DNA of 64,000 nucleotides from Candidatus Alistipes equi (GCA_018065435.1 JAGHTK010000076.1:5943-69942); one strand, 5' to 3'; numbered from the stretch's first letter, positions 48,495-59,220 are shown. Translations and numbers: made by a program. Notes: generated by a model from the sequence alone, not told the origin.

Positions 48495-50060
48495 ATGAAT
48501 ACAGATTTCCTTGTAATAGGTTCGGGAGCTGCTGGACTTAGTTTTGCCCTCAAAGCTTCAAAAGCCGGACACGTAACCCTTGTCACAAAAGGTGAACTAA
48601 ATGAATGTAATACCAATTATGCCCAAGGTGGCATATGTTCTGTTACGTACTACCCTGACACATTCGAGAAGCATATCGAGGACACACTCATATGCGGAGC
48701 TGGAAAATGTGACAGAGCTGCTGTTGAAAGAGTTGTAAAACTTGCACCACAGGCAGCAAAAGATTTGGTTGAATGGGGAGTAAATTTCGATAAAACAGAG
48801 GACGGACGCTTTGATCTTCATCGCGAAGGAGGTCACTCTGAACATCGTATTTTGCACCATAATGACCTTACAGGAGCTGAAATTGAACGTGCCCTTATCG
48901 TTGAGGTAAAGAAAAACGAAAACATCACTGTTCTGGACCATCACTTTGCAATAGACCTCCTCACGCAACACCATTTGGGTGAGATTGTAACGAGACACAC
49001 CCGTGGATTGGCATGTTTCGGTGCATACATTCTCAATACTGCAACAAACCAGATTATCACAGTTATCTCGAAATTCACAGTTGTGGCAGCTGGAGGATGT
49101 GGTAATATTTACCAAACCACGACAAATCCTGTCGTTGCTACAGGAGATGGTATCGCAATGTGTCACAGGGCAAAGGCCATAACTAAAAATATGCAGTTCA
49201 TTCAGTTCCATCCTACAGCACTATACCATCCCGGAGAAAAACCATCGTTTCTCATTACAGAAGCGATGCGCGGATATGGTGCCGTACTCAAACTGCAAAA
49301 TGGTGAAGAGTTCATGCAGAAGTATCACCCTATGAAATCCCTTGCACCAAGAGATGTTGTAGCCAGAAGCATCGATCATGAACTTAAAATCCGCGGTGAA
49401 GAGTTTGTATACCTTGATGTAAGGCATATGCCTGCAGAAGAGACAAAGCACCACTTCCCGAACATCTACGAAAAATGCAAGAGCATAGGCATAGACATCA
49501 CCAAGGACTATATACCGGTGTGCCCTGCTGCACACTACTGTTGCGGAGGTGTTACCGTGAATGAAAATGGAGAGAGTTCCATTAGACGACTCTATGTACT
49601 AGGAGAAAGCTCCTGTACAGGACTTCACGGAGCAAACCGTCTTGCATCGAACTCCCTTTCGGAAGCCTTCGTATATTCCGATTTAGCAGCCAAGCATGCA
49701 ATTGAGCACATGGACCGAGCACACCTACAGGAAGGAATCGAGGAATGGAATTTCGATGGCACGGCAGCGCCAGAAGAAATGGTGCTTATCATGCAGGAAA
49801 GAAAAGAATTACAGTCTATTATGTCAAATTACGTCGGGATTGTTAGATCAAATCTTCGTCTTGACAGGGCCTTCAAGCGCTTGGCTGTCATTTGGCAGGA
49901 AACCGAGGAACTCTACAATCGTACAAGACCTTGTCAGGAACTCTGCGAACTAAGAAATATGATTACCGTTGCATACCTCACAATTAGACAGGCTCGCGAG
50001 TGTAAAGAATCTGTAGGACTGCACTATACAATCGATTATCCACCAGTAAAGCAAAACTAA
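48495..50060 (+). CDS. nadB: L-aspartate oxidase
   Basis: [33 protein letters not shown] and [13 protein letters not shown]. Confidence 0.94.
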   Translation: MNTDFLVIGSGAAGLSFALKASKAGHVTLVTKGELNECNTNYAQGGICSVTYYPDTFEKHIEDTLICGAGKCDRAAVERVVKLAPQAAKDLVEWGVNFDKTEDGRFDLHREGGHSEHRILHHNDLTGAEIERALIVEVKKNENITVLDHHFAIDLLTQHHLGEIVTRHTRGLACFGAYILNTATNQIITVISKFTVVAAGGCGNIYQTTTNPVVATGDGIAMCHRAKAITKNMQFIQFHPTALYHPGEKPSFLITEAMRGYGAVLKLQNGEEFMQKYHPMKSLAPRDVVARSIDHELKIRGEEFVYLDVRHMPAEETKHHFPNIYEKCKSIGIDITKDYIPVCPAAHYCCGGVTVNENGESSIRRLYVLGESSCTGLHGANRLASNSLSEAFVYSDLAAKHAIEHMDRAHLQEGIEEWNFDGTAAPEEMVLIMQERKELQSIMSNYVGIVRSNLRLDRAFKRLAVIWQETEELYNRTRPCQELCELRNMITVAYLTIRQARECKESVGLHYTIDYPPVKQN

Positions 50061-50061
50061 C

Positions 50062-51645
50062 ATGACCCTTCAAGAAGAAATCACTAGACGACGTACATTT
50101 GCCATCATTTCCCATCCTGATGCTGGTAAGACTACACTTACCGAAAAACTACTCCTTTTTGGAGGCGCGATACATGTGGCAGGTGCCGTGAAGAGCAACA
50201 AGATAAAAAAAGGAGCCACAAGTGACTTTATGGAGATTGAGCGTCAGAGGGGCATCTCTGTTGCAACTTCTGTTATGGGATTCGAATATGAAGGGAAGAA
50301 AATAAACATCCTTGACACACCGGGTCACGAAGACTTTGCTGAGGACACATACCGCACACTAACGGCCGTTGACTCCGTAATAATTGTCATCGATGGGGCC
50401 AAAGGTGTCGAAACACAGACAAGACGCCTAATGAATGTCTGCCGCATGCGCTCGACTCCAGTTATGGTTTACATAAACAAGCTCGACAGACCATGTCGCG
50501 ATCCCTTTGATTTGCTGGATGAAATTGAAAAGGAACTGCAGATAAAGGTACGCCCGCTGGCATTTCCTATCTCAAGCGGAACCACTTTTAAGGGCGTATA
50601 CAACCTATACAGACAAAACATAAGCCTTTTCACATCTCTTGAACGTCAAACAGCCGACGCCACAACCGTCCAGTTCGATGACATAAACGATCCTGAATTA
50701 GATAATCTTATCGAGCCAAAATTCGCTAATGAATTACGTTCAAATGTAGAACTTGTAAACGGCGTATATGACGAATTCAATAGGGACGAATATCTCAAGG
50801 GAAAACTTGCGCCTGTATTCTTCGGCTCAGCCATAAACAATTTTGGAGTACGCGAACTTTTGGAGTGTTTCCTAGAGATTGCACCATCTCCTGGCATATC
50901 TACTACTACTACTCGTGAAATTCGTCCTGAGGAGGAAAAACTCTCAGGCTTTGTCTTCAAAATTCATGCAAACATGGACCCCAATCATAGGGACCGCATT
51001 GCATTTATGAAAATCTGCTCGGGAGTCTTTGAACGCAATAAGAACTACCTTCATGTACCTTCGGGCAAAATGCAGAAATTCTCCTCGCCTACAGCATTCA
51101 TGGCCGAAAAAAAATCTGTCATAGACTTTGCCTATCCAGGCGATATTGTCGGTCTTCATGATGCTGGTGCATACAAAATCGGAGACACTTTCACCGAAGG
51201 GGAGAAGCTCAAGTTCACAGGCATTCCGACCTTCTCGCCTGAATTGTTTCGCTACATTGAAAATGGAGATCCTCTCAAATTTAAGCAACTCGCAAAAGGA
51301 ATTGATCAGTTGATGGACGAAGGTGTTGCACAACTTTTCATCTCCGAACTTAATGGACGAAAAATTATTGGAACAGTAGGAGCACTTCAGTTCGAAGTGA
51401 TTGAATACCGTTTGGAACATGAATATGGAGCAAAGTGTCGCTGGGAACCTATATCAATCTACAAGGCATGCTGGATTGAGAGTGATGATGAACTAGCACT
51501 TAAGGACTTCAAGTTACGCAAGCACACAAATATGGCCAAAGATAAACATGGCAACGACGTATTTCTTGCCGACACTTCCTATGCTCTCTCACTTGCTCAA
51601 GAAAAATTCCCGAAAATAACATTCCACTTTACACAGGAGTATTAA
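50062..51645 (+). CDS. prfC: Peptide chain release factor 3
   Basis: [29 protein letters not shown] and [13 protein letters not shown]. Confidence 0.97.
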   Translation: MTLQEEITRRRTFAIISHPDAGKTTLTEKLLLFGGAIHVAGAVKSNKIKKGATSDFMEIERQRGISVATSVMGFEYEGKKINILDTPGHEDFAEDTYRTLTAVDSVIIVIDGAKGVETQTRRLMNVCRMRSTPVMVYINKLDRPCRDPFDLLDEIEKELQIKVRPLAFPISSGTTFKGVYNLYRQNISLFTSLERQTADATTVQFDDINDPELDNLIEPKFANELRSNVELVNGVYDEFNRDEYLKGKLAPVFFGSAINNFGVRELLECFLEIAPSPGISTTTTREIRPEEEKLSGFVFKIHANMDPNHRDRIAFMKICSGVFERNKNYLHVPSGKMQKFSSPTAFMAEKKSVIDFAYPGDIVGLHDAGAYKIGDTFTEGEKLKFTGIPTFSPELFRYIENGDPLKFKQLAKGIDQLMDEGVAQLFISELNGRKIIGTVGALQFEVIEYRLEHEYGAKCRWEPISIYKACWIESDDELALKDFKLRKHTNMAKDKHGNDVFLADTSYALSLAQEKFPKITFHFTQEY

Positions 51646-51682
51646 ATTCTCTTCTTTCAGTAAACGCAAAAATTAACGTACT

Positions 51683-53056
51683 ATGAAAAAAGCACTATTA
51701 CTTGCAACGTGCCTAATGTTCATTGTAACACAGGTTACAGCACAAGACATTACCAAGGAAATGATAGCCGAATTTCATCAAAATGCCATTCAAAGCGAAG
51801 ATACGGCTATACGTAATGCACTTGTCTCGAATGCCATCAACGATCTCGCCTCGAATGCCTCTCTGCGTGCAATGTGCGATACACACTTTACCTACACCGT
51901 AAAAACATCAGGCATTACCAATCAGCGTTCAAGCGGACGATGCTGGCTTTTTAGTGGTCTAAACGTACTGCGTGCACAAATTATTGACAAATACAACCTT
52001 TCCAATTTCGAATTCTCGGAAGTTTATCTTTCATTCCACGATTTACTGGAAAAGGGTAATCTCTTCCTGCAGTCAATCATTGACACGAGGTCGTTACCCC
52101 TTACGGATCGCAAAGTAGATTGGTTATTAAGACATCCTATTGGTGACGGCGGGCAATTCACAGGTGTTGCCAATCTTATAAAGAAGTATGGTGCAGTACC
52201 AAAAGAAGTCATGGCCGAAACTTACCATAGTGAAAACACGCGTCAGATGTTGTCAATACTAACCCTAAAACTGAGGGGGTATGCAATGGAACTACGCAAG
52301 ATAAAGAATGAGAAAGAAGCTCTTACGCTGAAAAAGGAGCGACTGAAGGAGTTTTACAGAATACTTACATTGTGCCTCGGTGTTCCTCCTACAGAATTTT
52401 CCTGGGCCATGTACAATAAGAAGGGCGAGAAACTCTCCGAGGAAACATACACTCCTCAAAGCTTCTATGAAAAGTACTTCGGCGCAGATTTGATGCAGGA
52501 CATTGTCCTTATCATGAACGATCCGAGTCGTGAATTTAACCGTCTCTATGAAGTTGACCAGTCTAGACACATCTACGAAGGAAATAATTGGAAGTATCTA
52601 AATCTGGACATCGACACAATAAGAAAGATTGCCGTAGAATCCATCAAGGACAACACACCGCTATACTTCTCCTGTGATGTAGGCAAATTCCTTAATCGTA
52701 AGCAGGGCACATTGAATCTTAAAAACTTCGATTACGCATCACTTTTCAAGACAGAATTCCCAATGGAAAAAGCTGAAAGAATACAGAGTTATGCCAGTGG
52801 TTCTTCACACGCAATGATGCTTATGGGAGTTGATGTCAGCCCTGAAGGCAAAGTAAAGAAATGGAAAATCGAAAACAGCTGGGGTAAGACAGCAGGGTAT
52901 CAAGGATATCTTATTATGACTGACGACTGGTTTAATGAATATATGTTCCGTTTGGTAGCCCGTACAAAATATGTACCTGAAGATGTGCTGAAACTTCTCA
53001 AGCAAAAACCTATCAAACTCCCAGCATGGGATCCGCTATATTCTTATGATTTTTAA
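51683..53056 (+). CDS. C1B cysteine aminopeptidase (PepC/bleomycin hydrolase), secreted
   Basis: Signal peptide; QRSSGRCW, SHAM and IENSWG catalytic motifs. Confidence 0.92.
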   Translation: MKKALLLATCLMFIVTQVTAQDITKEMIAEFHQNAIQSEDTAIRNALVSNAINDLASNASLRAMCDTHFTYTVKTSGITNQRSSGRCWLFSGLNVLRAQIIDKYNLSNFEFSEVYLSFHDLLEKGNLFLQSIIDTRSLPLTDRKVDWLLRHPIGDGGQFTGVANLIKKYGAVPKEVMAETYHSENTRQMLSILTLKLRGYAMELRKIKNEKEALTLKKERLKEFYRILTLCLGVPPTEFSWAMYNKKGEKLSEETYTPQSFYEKYFGADLMQDIVLIMNDPSREFNRLYEVDQSRHIYEGNNWKYLNLDIDTIRKIAVESIKDNTPLYFSCDVGKFLNRKQGTLNLKNFDYASLFKTEFPMEKAERIQSYASGSSHAMMLMGVDVSPEGKVKKWKIENSWGKTAGYQGYLIMTDDWFNEYMFRLVARTKYVPEDVLKLLKQKPIKLPAWDPLYSYDF

Positions 53057-53098
53057 TCAGCTACAACTGCAATAGGAACTTTTACGTTCCATAAAGAT

Positions 53099-53157
53099 TG
53101 ATTTTCTGTGAAAAATTGTCATAAACTGACTCACATTCACAGAAAATCATTTTTTTA
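53099..53157. terminator. Long hairpin/terminator between convergent genes
   Basis: TGATTTTCTGTGAA...TTCACAGAAAATCA 14-bp arms followed by a T-run. Confidence 0.7.
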
Positions 53158-53206
53158 CAACAGAACGAAGAATGCTGAGGAATAGATTTTCCTAATCCGG
53201 TAAGAA

Positions 53207-55069
53207 CTATTCTATGTTGACTCGTTTCACTTCATCCACACCCTCAATACGTTCTATGCTACTTCTGACATGTATTAATTCATCCAAAGAATGGACAGAA
53301 AAATCGACTGTTATCACCGAAATGCAGTCGGATGTTTGAGTATTGAGACTCTCCATAGCCAAGTGTTCCTGATCTGAGATACAGTTCAACAAATCTACAA
53401 GAAGATGATATCTATCAACTGCAGTTATCTGTAAGCGAACAGGATAAAGGAATTTGTTATCAATGTTAAACTCCACATCATGCAGACGATCACCATACTC
53501 CGAAGCATCTTTTATGGCAAGACTACAATCACGACGATGGATTATCAACTCGCCTATTTTCGAATGTATTCCAATGACCTCGTCACCTGGAATTGGGTGG
53601 CATATTTCACAACGATGAAATGGAAGGGTCGGCAGTTTAACAAGACTGTTACGGATATTGTGCTTGGCGTTGAATGTAGAAACGTAGTTCAACCACTCCT
53701 TTCTAGGTGTGATGTTTTCATCCGCTCCAATCTCAATCTTATCACCACGGTGAAGAATGGTTCTTATGGAACACAAACGTCCGTTTATGCGTGCATACTT
53801 GGCATGATTCCCCAACCACGGAGAAATTTCATATGCGAAATCAAGAACCGTTGCATTCTTTGGCAGAATAACTCCCTTACCCGACGGAGTAAAAACAAGG
53901 ATGTCATCATTGTAGAATGAAGAAGTAACACTTTCCATATATTCCTTGTCATCCTTATTCGCAAGCTCCTGAAGTACGTGCTGAAATTTTTCAAGCCACT
54001 TCTGGATATTACATTCCGTCTGCTCGGCCATGCAACCCAAACGAGAGGCACGCACCATTCGCTCCGAAGAGATATGAACCTCTTCCCATTCAGCATCATT
54101 GCTTAGAAGTTTTACATGGAAACTTTGGTATCCATTCTCCTTCGGTGAATCAATATAATTCACTACACTTCCCGGAAGTTCTCTAAAGACATCCGTTAAA
54201 AGGGAGTATATCCACAAGGCTCTATCCTTTTCAGAAAATTTCTTTGTGGGTTTATAGATGATTCTTATGTAGTGCTTACCCTCAACGTGTGAGAAGTCAC
54301 AGTTGTTCGCATGCATTTTACGCCATATACTGAATTCCGTTCTGTAGCGGAGCTCTATACGCACTGGCATACCAGCCTTACGCATAATATCGCGAATGCT
54401 ATCCATAAAACGATTTTCGGAAGAACTCTGTTGCGTCTTAAGGAGATTGAGCTGTTCGGAAAGGAATTCAAACTCTCTTGGACATCGAAACTTAAAGGAA
54501 AGGTTCTCTAACTCGGCCTTCATATGGTACAGACCAAGGCGATTCGCAAGCGGGGCATAAAAATAATCCGTTTCACCAGCTATTTTCATCTGCTTTGCAG
54601 CATGCATCGAAGAAAGGGTACGCATATTGTGCAAACGGTCCGTAAGTTTAACCATTAAAGCACGTATATCGTAGTGAACAGAAGAAAGTATCTGCTGGTA
54701 ATTTGCAACCTGCTTACTGGAATCTTGTTTACGCTCTTTCTGTTTGGTTACCACATTTACCAACTTAGCAACATCTTCTCCGAATATAGCGGTGATGTCG
54801 TCAATTGTATAAGGTGTATCCTCCACCACATCGTGTAAAAAAGCCGCAATGACACAATTTGCATCCAATTCTAAGTCCTCACCCGCAATTGAAGCCACGG
54901 CAATAGGATGAACTATGTAAGGCTCCCCTGTTTTACGCTTTTGATTAGCATGCGCCTTTTCGGCCAACTCATACGCTGCACGGATTCTATTGATTTCCTC
55001 CTCGGAAAATCTTTTAGACAACCTTTTTATTAATGCGTCTGCAATCTTTTGATAAGAATTCAATGCCAT
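53207..55069 (-). CDS. Long RelA/SpoT homologue (HD-SYNTH-TGS-ZFD-ACT); hydrolase intact, synthetase degenerate
   Basis: RKTGEPY..HP, LHDVVED and KLTDRLHNMRT; NGYQSFH; TGS FTPSG...DFAY; CEICHPIPGD; ACT DRYHLL. Confidence 0.9.
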   Translation of the reverse strand: MALNSYQKIADALIKRLSKRFSEEEINRIRAAYELAEKAHANQKRKTGEPYIVHPIAVASIAGEDLELDANCVIAAFLHDVVEDTPYTIDDITAIFGEDVAKLVNVVTKQKERKQDSSKQVANYQQILSSVHYDIRALMVKLTDRLHNMRTLSSMHAAKQMKIAGETDYFYAPLANRLGLYHMKAELENLSFKFRCPREFEFLSEQLNLLKTQQSSSENRFMDSIRDIMRKAGMPVRIELRYRTEFSIWRKMHANNCDFSHVEGKHYIRIIYKPTKKFSEKDRALWIYSLLTDVFRELPGSVVNYIDSPKENGYQSFHVKLLSNDAEWEEVHISSERMVRASRLGCMAEQTECNIQKWLEKFQHVLQELANKDDKEYMESVTSSFYNDDILVFTPSGKGVILPKNATVLDFAYEISPWLGNHAKYARINGRLCSIRTILHRGDKIEIGADENITPRKEWLNYVSTFNAKHNIRNSLVKLPTLPFHRCEICHPIPGDEVIGIHSKIGELIIHRRDCSLAIKDASEYGDRLHDVEFNIDNKFLYPVRLQITAVDRYHLLVDLLNCISDQEHLAMESLNTQTSDCISVITVDFSVHSLDELIHVRSSIERIEGVDEVKRVNIE

Positions 55070-55162
55070 ATTCTAATGTCAATTTACAACCTTTCAATAC
55101 TAAAGCACAAACATAATAAATATTTTTATATATTGAATTGTAAGTAAATACACTGTCTTACA

Positions 55163-55194
55163 ATTGGTTTTATCTACGATTGGTTTTATCTTTG
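55163..55194 (+). promoter_or_regulatory. 13-bp direct repeat overlapping the -7 element (TATCTTTG) of the WYL gene
   Basis: ATTGGTTTTATCT at 55163-55175 and 55179-55191; -7 element at 55187-55194. Confidence 0.65.
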
Positions 55195-55219
55195 TAATAT
55201 CACTCAAACATCACACAAT

Positions 55220-56128
55220 ATGAACCAGCCCAAAATAGAAAAAATTCTATGCCTGGTCACCATTTTAGGTGGTTCCAAAAGCTTGTCTGTCGAACAATTG
55301 GCACAGGAACTGAAGACATCTGAAAGGACAATTTATCGCTACATGGACACTCTCAAAGATAGTGGCTATGTCATTATAAATGACAATCGTGGACGATATA
55401 AAATGTTGCACAACGGCAAAGTGTTCAAATCTTTCAAAGGACTTCTTCAATTTTCAGAAGACGAGGCAAACATCATATCCTCGGCTTTTGAAAGCATCGT
55501 GAAATCAAAGCCTCATATGAAAGCTCTCTTTCGAAAGCTTTATGCCATATACAACACAACAAACATTATTCCGGGAGTTGAAAATGTGGCTGTATCATCC
55601 GAACTGCAAGTTTTAAGTGATGTAATCGACAAGAAATATCAGGTGTTTTTAAGGGGATACTCTTCTTCTTCATCTGAGATGGTAAAAGACTACTTCGTTG
55701 AACCATTCGCCCTTTCAAGGGATAAAAGTGAAGTATGGGCTTTAGATTTGGATAGTATGAAGGTTAAGCTTTTTAAGATTGCGCGTATCGAGCAAATTGA
55801 AGTGAAAAAAACCAAACACCAGTACCCTTCCTTGCACGTAACACAATTTCAAGATGCATTCCATATGACCGGCCCTGATAAAATCCATATACAGATAGAA
55901 CTTGGCCGACGGAGCCGGAACCTACTTATTGAAGAATACCCACTTTGCCAAAAGGACATCTATGTCATAGGAAATGGAGATAAGTTTCTGCTTGATACCA
56001 CAGTCTGTGACGTACGTGGTATAGGTCGTTTTTTGCTTTCCGTAGCTGATGATGTAACTATTCTTAAGGGCGAGCAGGTACGACAATATATCAAGAAATT
56101 TTCTGATGACTATATTTCTAGACTGTAA
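55220..56128 (+). CDS. wHTH-WYL-WCX transcriptional regulator
   Basis: LAQELKTSERTIYRYM HTH; VEPFAL..VWALD..KLFKIARI WYL; LIEEYP and IGRFLLS WCX-like. Confidence 0.88.
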   Translation: MNQPKIEKILCLVTILGGSKSLSVEQLAQELKTSERTIYRYMDTLKDSGYVIINDNRGRYKMLHNGKVFKSFKGLLQFSEDEANIISSAFESIVKSKPHMKALFRKLYAIYNTTNIIPGVENVAVSSELQVLSDVIDKKYQVFLRGYSSSSSEMVKDYFVEPFALSRDKSEVWALDLDSMKVKLFKIARIEQIEVKKTKHQYPSLHVTQFQDAFHMTGPDKIHIQIELGRRSRNLLIEEYPLCQKDIYVIGNGDKFLLDTTVCDVRGIGRFLLSVADDVTILKGEQVRQYIKKFSDDYISRL

Positions 56129-56234
56129 GTGCTCAATTGCAGCAATTTCCAACAACAACGCGATTGCTACCATATTTAATACCACAAAACAGCCTAAGTC
56201 ACTACAATACAGAATCAAATGTAAATGTTGAATA

Positions 56235-58424
56235 ATGGACATGAACATTGACTTATATGCGGAGCTGAACGATGTTCAACGCAAGGTTGTTGAGACAACC
56301 GAAGGTTTTCTTCGAGTAATCGCTGGTGCTGGAACAGGAAAGACCCGAACTATTACTATGAGGTACATTTACCTCACAAACGAACTGGGTATCAGCCCTC
56401 ATAACATTCTATGCGTAACGTTCACGAACAAAGCTGCGGAAGAAATGCGCTCCCGCATCTCAAAGAACGTACCCGAGGCTTTGGGTGAATTTATATGCAC
56501 ATACCATAGTCTCGCAATCAAAATACTGCATCAGGACATTGTAAGGGTAGGATTTCCAGTTTCTTTTACTGTCTTGGACGAAGAGGACCAGAAGGACATT
56601 CTCAAGCAAATATATACAGAGCAAAAGATTTCAAAGAGGGATTATCCTATTTCTGACACGATTGACTATATTGCCGGTAAGAAGCATGACACGCCTTACA
56701 TTAAGGATTATATGGAAGTCTGCCCGAAAGAGAAACAGGATGCATTTCTTTCATGCAATGATGATATACTTTGGAAAATTTTCGCGGAATACCTCAAGAT
56801 TCAAAAAAAGAACTTCTACCTGGATTTTGAGGACTTGATGTACTTTGCGCTCTACATTCTAGAGACATACGCCGACATTAGAGAATATTGGCAGAAAAAG
56901 TTTGACTACATCATGGTAGACGAATGCCAGGACAACAACGATACGCAATGGAAAATAATTGACATACTCGCACAAAAGTACAAGAACATGATGGCTGTGG
57001 GAGATCCCGACCAATGCATTTATGAATGGCGTGGCTCAAGGCCCGTTTCACTAGTTGACTTCGACAAGACACACACTCCGTGCCAAACGTTTATTCTCAA
57101 TGAAAACTACCGGTCAACACCGAACATTCTTGATGTTGCAAATTGTGTAATACGCAACAACCAGCAGCGCATACCTAAAGACCTTTACACCTATCGCAAG
57201 CCAGTGGAAAACGTCACATATTTCCATGCCGTAAACGAAGAGCATGAAGGTGAATTTGTCGCTTCGACCATTGTCGAACTTAATCTTAAGGGTTTCTCCT
57301 ACAGTGACTTTACGGTTCTATACCGAGCAGCACACCTCTCACGTGCAATTGAACAGGAACTCATAAAGTCGAATATCCCATATAAGGTTTACGCCGGTAT
57401 CAACTTCTTCCTTCGTAAGGAAATTAAAGACATCTTCGCTTACCTTCGCACGGTTAACTCCATGGATTACACGTCCACACTAAGAATCATAAACGTTCCT
57501 TCGCGTAAACTTGGCAAGGTGTATCTTTCCAATCTGATTCAAAAAGCAAAAGAGGATAATGCAACGCTTATCGATACAATCCTCGGGCATAAGGATGATG
57601 CAAAAATTGGTAAGGTCTCAGCTATAGAGTTTGCCCAAATGATTGTGGATATCCGCAATGAGATTAAAGGCATGTCCCTTTCAGATTTATTTCAACACAT
57701 CCTCGAACGCTGCGGACTTAAAAAGATGTACTCCGAAAAGGATGATACGGACAGATTGGAAAACATCAGCGAACTTATGCAGTTGGTAAATACGTACGAA
57801 CAGGAACATCCTCAAAATGACCTGGCACTGTTCATACAAGAAATGTCACTTTACACGAATCAAGACATTGACAAAAATTCCGATCACGTCAAACTTATGA
57901 CCATACATCAGGCAAAGGGCCTGGAATTTCCTATTGTCTTCACCATCGGAATGAACGAAGGGGTGTTGCCAAGCATCTACTCTATTCGCAATCCATATGA
58001 CAACAACCTTGAAGAAGAACGTCGACTTACGTACGTTGCCTTTACAAGGGCTCGCGACTATCTTTTCATTACTGAACACGAAGGATACAATTACCGAACA
58101 GAAGAACACTGCACTCCGTCAAGATTCATTATGGAAATTGAGCGTAATATGCTCATACGCAAAGGACACATGTCCAAAATCATAGAAGATAGAATGCGAG
58201 AAATGGCAAAAGTATTGCCCAAAACGGAAAATCTGAACGCCAATATGGATTCCTACAGCAAATACTACGTTGGACAAGAGATTGAGCACAGAATTTTTGG
58301 AACTGGAACCATTGTAGCAATAAACCTGTCGAACGACATCGCAATTATACGATTTGATTCTAGGGATGAACTAAAGCATCTAAAACTCTCAAAGTTAGAT
58401 GCCATTACAATAATAAAAATTTGA
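56235..58424 (+). CDS. UvrD/PcrA-family SF1A DNA helicase
   Basis: AGAGTGKT, TFTNKAA, DECQD, VGDPDQCIYEWRG, NYRS, TIHQAKGLEF and EERRLTYVAFTRA; C-terminal Tudor-like GQEIEHRIFGTG. Confidence 0.93.
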   Translation: MDMNIDLYAELNDVQRKVVETTEGFLRVIAGAGTGKTRTITMRYIYLTNELGISPHNILCVTFTNKAAEEMRSRISKNVPEALGEFICTYHSLAIKILHQDIVRVGFPVSFTVLDEEDQKDILKQIYTEQKISKRDYPISDTIDYIAGKKHDTPYIKDYMEVCPKEKQDAFLSCNDDILWKIFAEYLKIQKKNFYLDFEDLMYFALYILETYADIREYWQKKFDYIMVDECQDNNDTQWKIIDILAQKYKNMMAVGDPDQCIYEWRGSRPVSLVDFDKTHTPCQTFILNENYRSTPNILDVANCVIRNNQQRIPKDLYTYRKPVENVTYFHAVNEEHEGEFVASTIVELNLKGFSYSDFTVLYRAAHLSRAIEQELIKSNIPYKVYAGINFFLRKEIKDIFAYLRTVNSMDYTSTLRIINVPSRKLGKVYLSNLIQKAKEDNATLIDTILGHKDDAKIGKVSAIEFAQMIVDIRNEIKGMSLSDLFQHILERCGLKKMYSEKDDTDRLENISELMQLVNTYEQEHPQNDLALFIQEMSLYTNQDIDKNSDHVKLMTIHQAKGLEFPIVFTIGMNEGVLPSIYSIRNPYDNNLEEERRLTYVAFTRARDYLFITEHEGYNYRTEEHCTPSRFIMEIERNMLIRKGHMSKIIEDRMREMAKVLPKTENLNANMDSYSKYYVGQEIEHRIFGTGTIVAINLSNDIAIIRFDSRDELKHLKLSKLDAITIIKI

Positions 58425-58426
58425 AC

Positions 58427-58975
58427 ATGAAAAGCATTTATATACTTTTAGCTGAAGGATTTGAACTCATTGAAGCCATGTCTACAATCGATGTTATGCA
58501 CCGCGCCGATGTAGAAACACGTCTGGTCCATGTATTGCCCGAGAAAAAAGTCACATCGTCTCACTCGTTAGCAAGCCTTGACACTAGTCTTTCTATTGAC
58601 CAGGTCAATATAGATGCAGATGCTATCATGCTCCCGGGAGGCTTTCCTGGATATGAAACGCTCCGAACAACACCTAAAGTATTGGAAATAGTTCGTCAAT
58701 ATGACAAGGCGGGAAAAATAATTGCCGCCATCTGCGGTGCTCCATCTGTTCTACCGGCAGCGGGCATCAAACCACACTCAAAACTTACAGCACACCATTC
58801 CGTTCATCCTCTGCTTAAGGATTACGATATCCAAACGAGTGCCGTTGTGCGCGATGGTAACATAATTACCGGTGCTGGGGCTGGACAATCTATCAACTTT
58901 GCGATGGCTCTGCTTGAGGCTCTTGTAGATGAAAAGCAGGTAAAGCAGGTGGCCTACGGTATGGAAATCAGATAA
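58427..58975 (+). CDS. DJ-1/PfpI (YajL/ThiJ-like) protein
   Basis: LAEGFELIEA, LPGG, AAICGAP (catalytic Cys) and VRDGNIITG. Confidence 0.9.
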   Translation: MKSIYILLAEGFELIEAMSTIDVMHRADVETRLVHVLPEKKVTSSHSLASLDTSLSIDQVNIDADAIMLPGGFPGYETLRTTPKVLEIVRQYDKAGKIIAAICGAPSVLPAAGIKPHSKLTAHHSVHPLLKDYDIQTSAVVRDGNIITGAGAGQSINFAMALLEALVDEKQVKQVAYGMEIR

Positions 58976-59000
58976 AAAAAAGACCACACATGTGATCTTT
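58974..59000 (-). terminator. Intrinsic terminator after tRNA-Cys
   Basis: Minus strand AAAGATCACA-tg-TGTGGTCTTT followed by a T-run. Confidence 0.65.
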
Positions 59001-59002
59001 AG

Positions 59003-59073
59003 AGGTCTGAAGCAGATTCGAACTGCTGTAGCAGCTTTTGCAGAGCTGTGCCTAGCCACTCGGCCATCAGACC
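59003..59073 (-). tRNA. tRNA-Cys(GCA), CCA not encoded
   Basis: Reverse complement GGTCTGATGGCCGAGTGGCTAGGCACAGCTCTGCAAAAGCTGCTACAGCAGTTCGAATCTGCTTCAGACCT folds as a cloverleaf; anticodon GCA, U73 discriminator; -7 element at 59102-59109. Confidence 0.95.
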
Positions 59074-59220
59074 ATTTCGGCACTTCGCGTTAGAAACAAT
59101 GCAAATATAGTGTGATGTTTTCAAAAAAACAAATCGAAAATTTTTATTGCACAAACAAATGATTCATTCGTTGAAAATCGATGATATTTTAGATAACTTG
59201 CATTTGAAATAAATCAAGGC

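Noticed and set aside
48597-49211. 204-aa Cys-rich ORF antisense to nadB
   Set aside because: Fully overlaps a highly conserved gene; no promoter or domain evidence
53099-53149. MITE/REP-like element
   Set aside because: Single copy seen, no target duplication, followed by a T-run between convergent genes; best explained as a terminator
55163-55191. CRISPR-like mini-array next to the WYL gene
   Set aside because: Only two 13-bp copies separated by 3 nt, and no cas genes
55070-59073. Integrated genomic island at the tRNA-Cys 3' end
   Set aside because: No integrase, and I found no duplicated tRNA 3' segment (att site) in the window; the tRNA has its own terminator directly downstream
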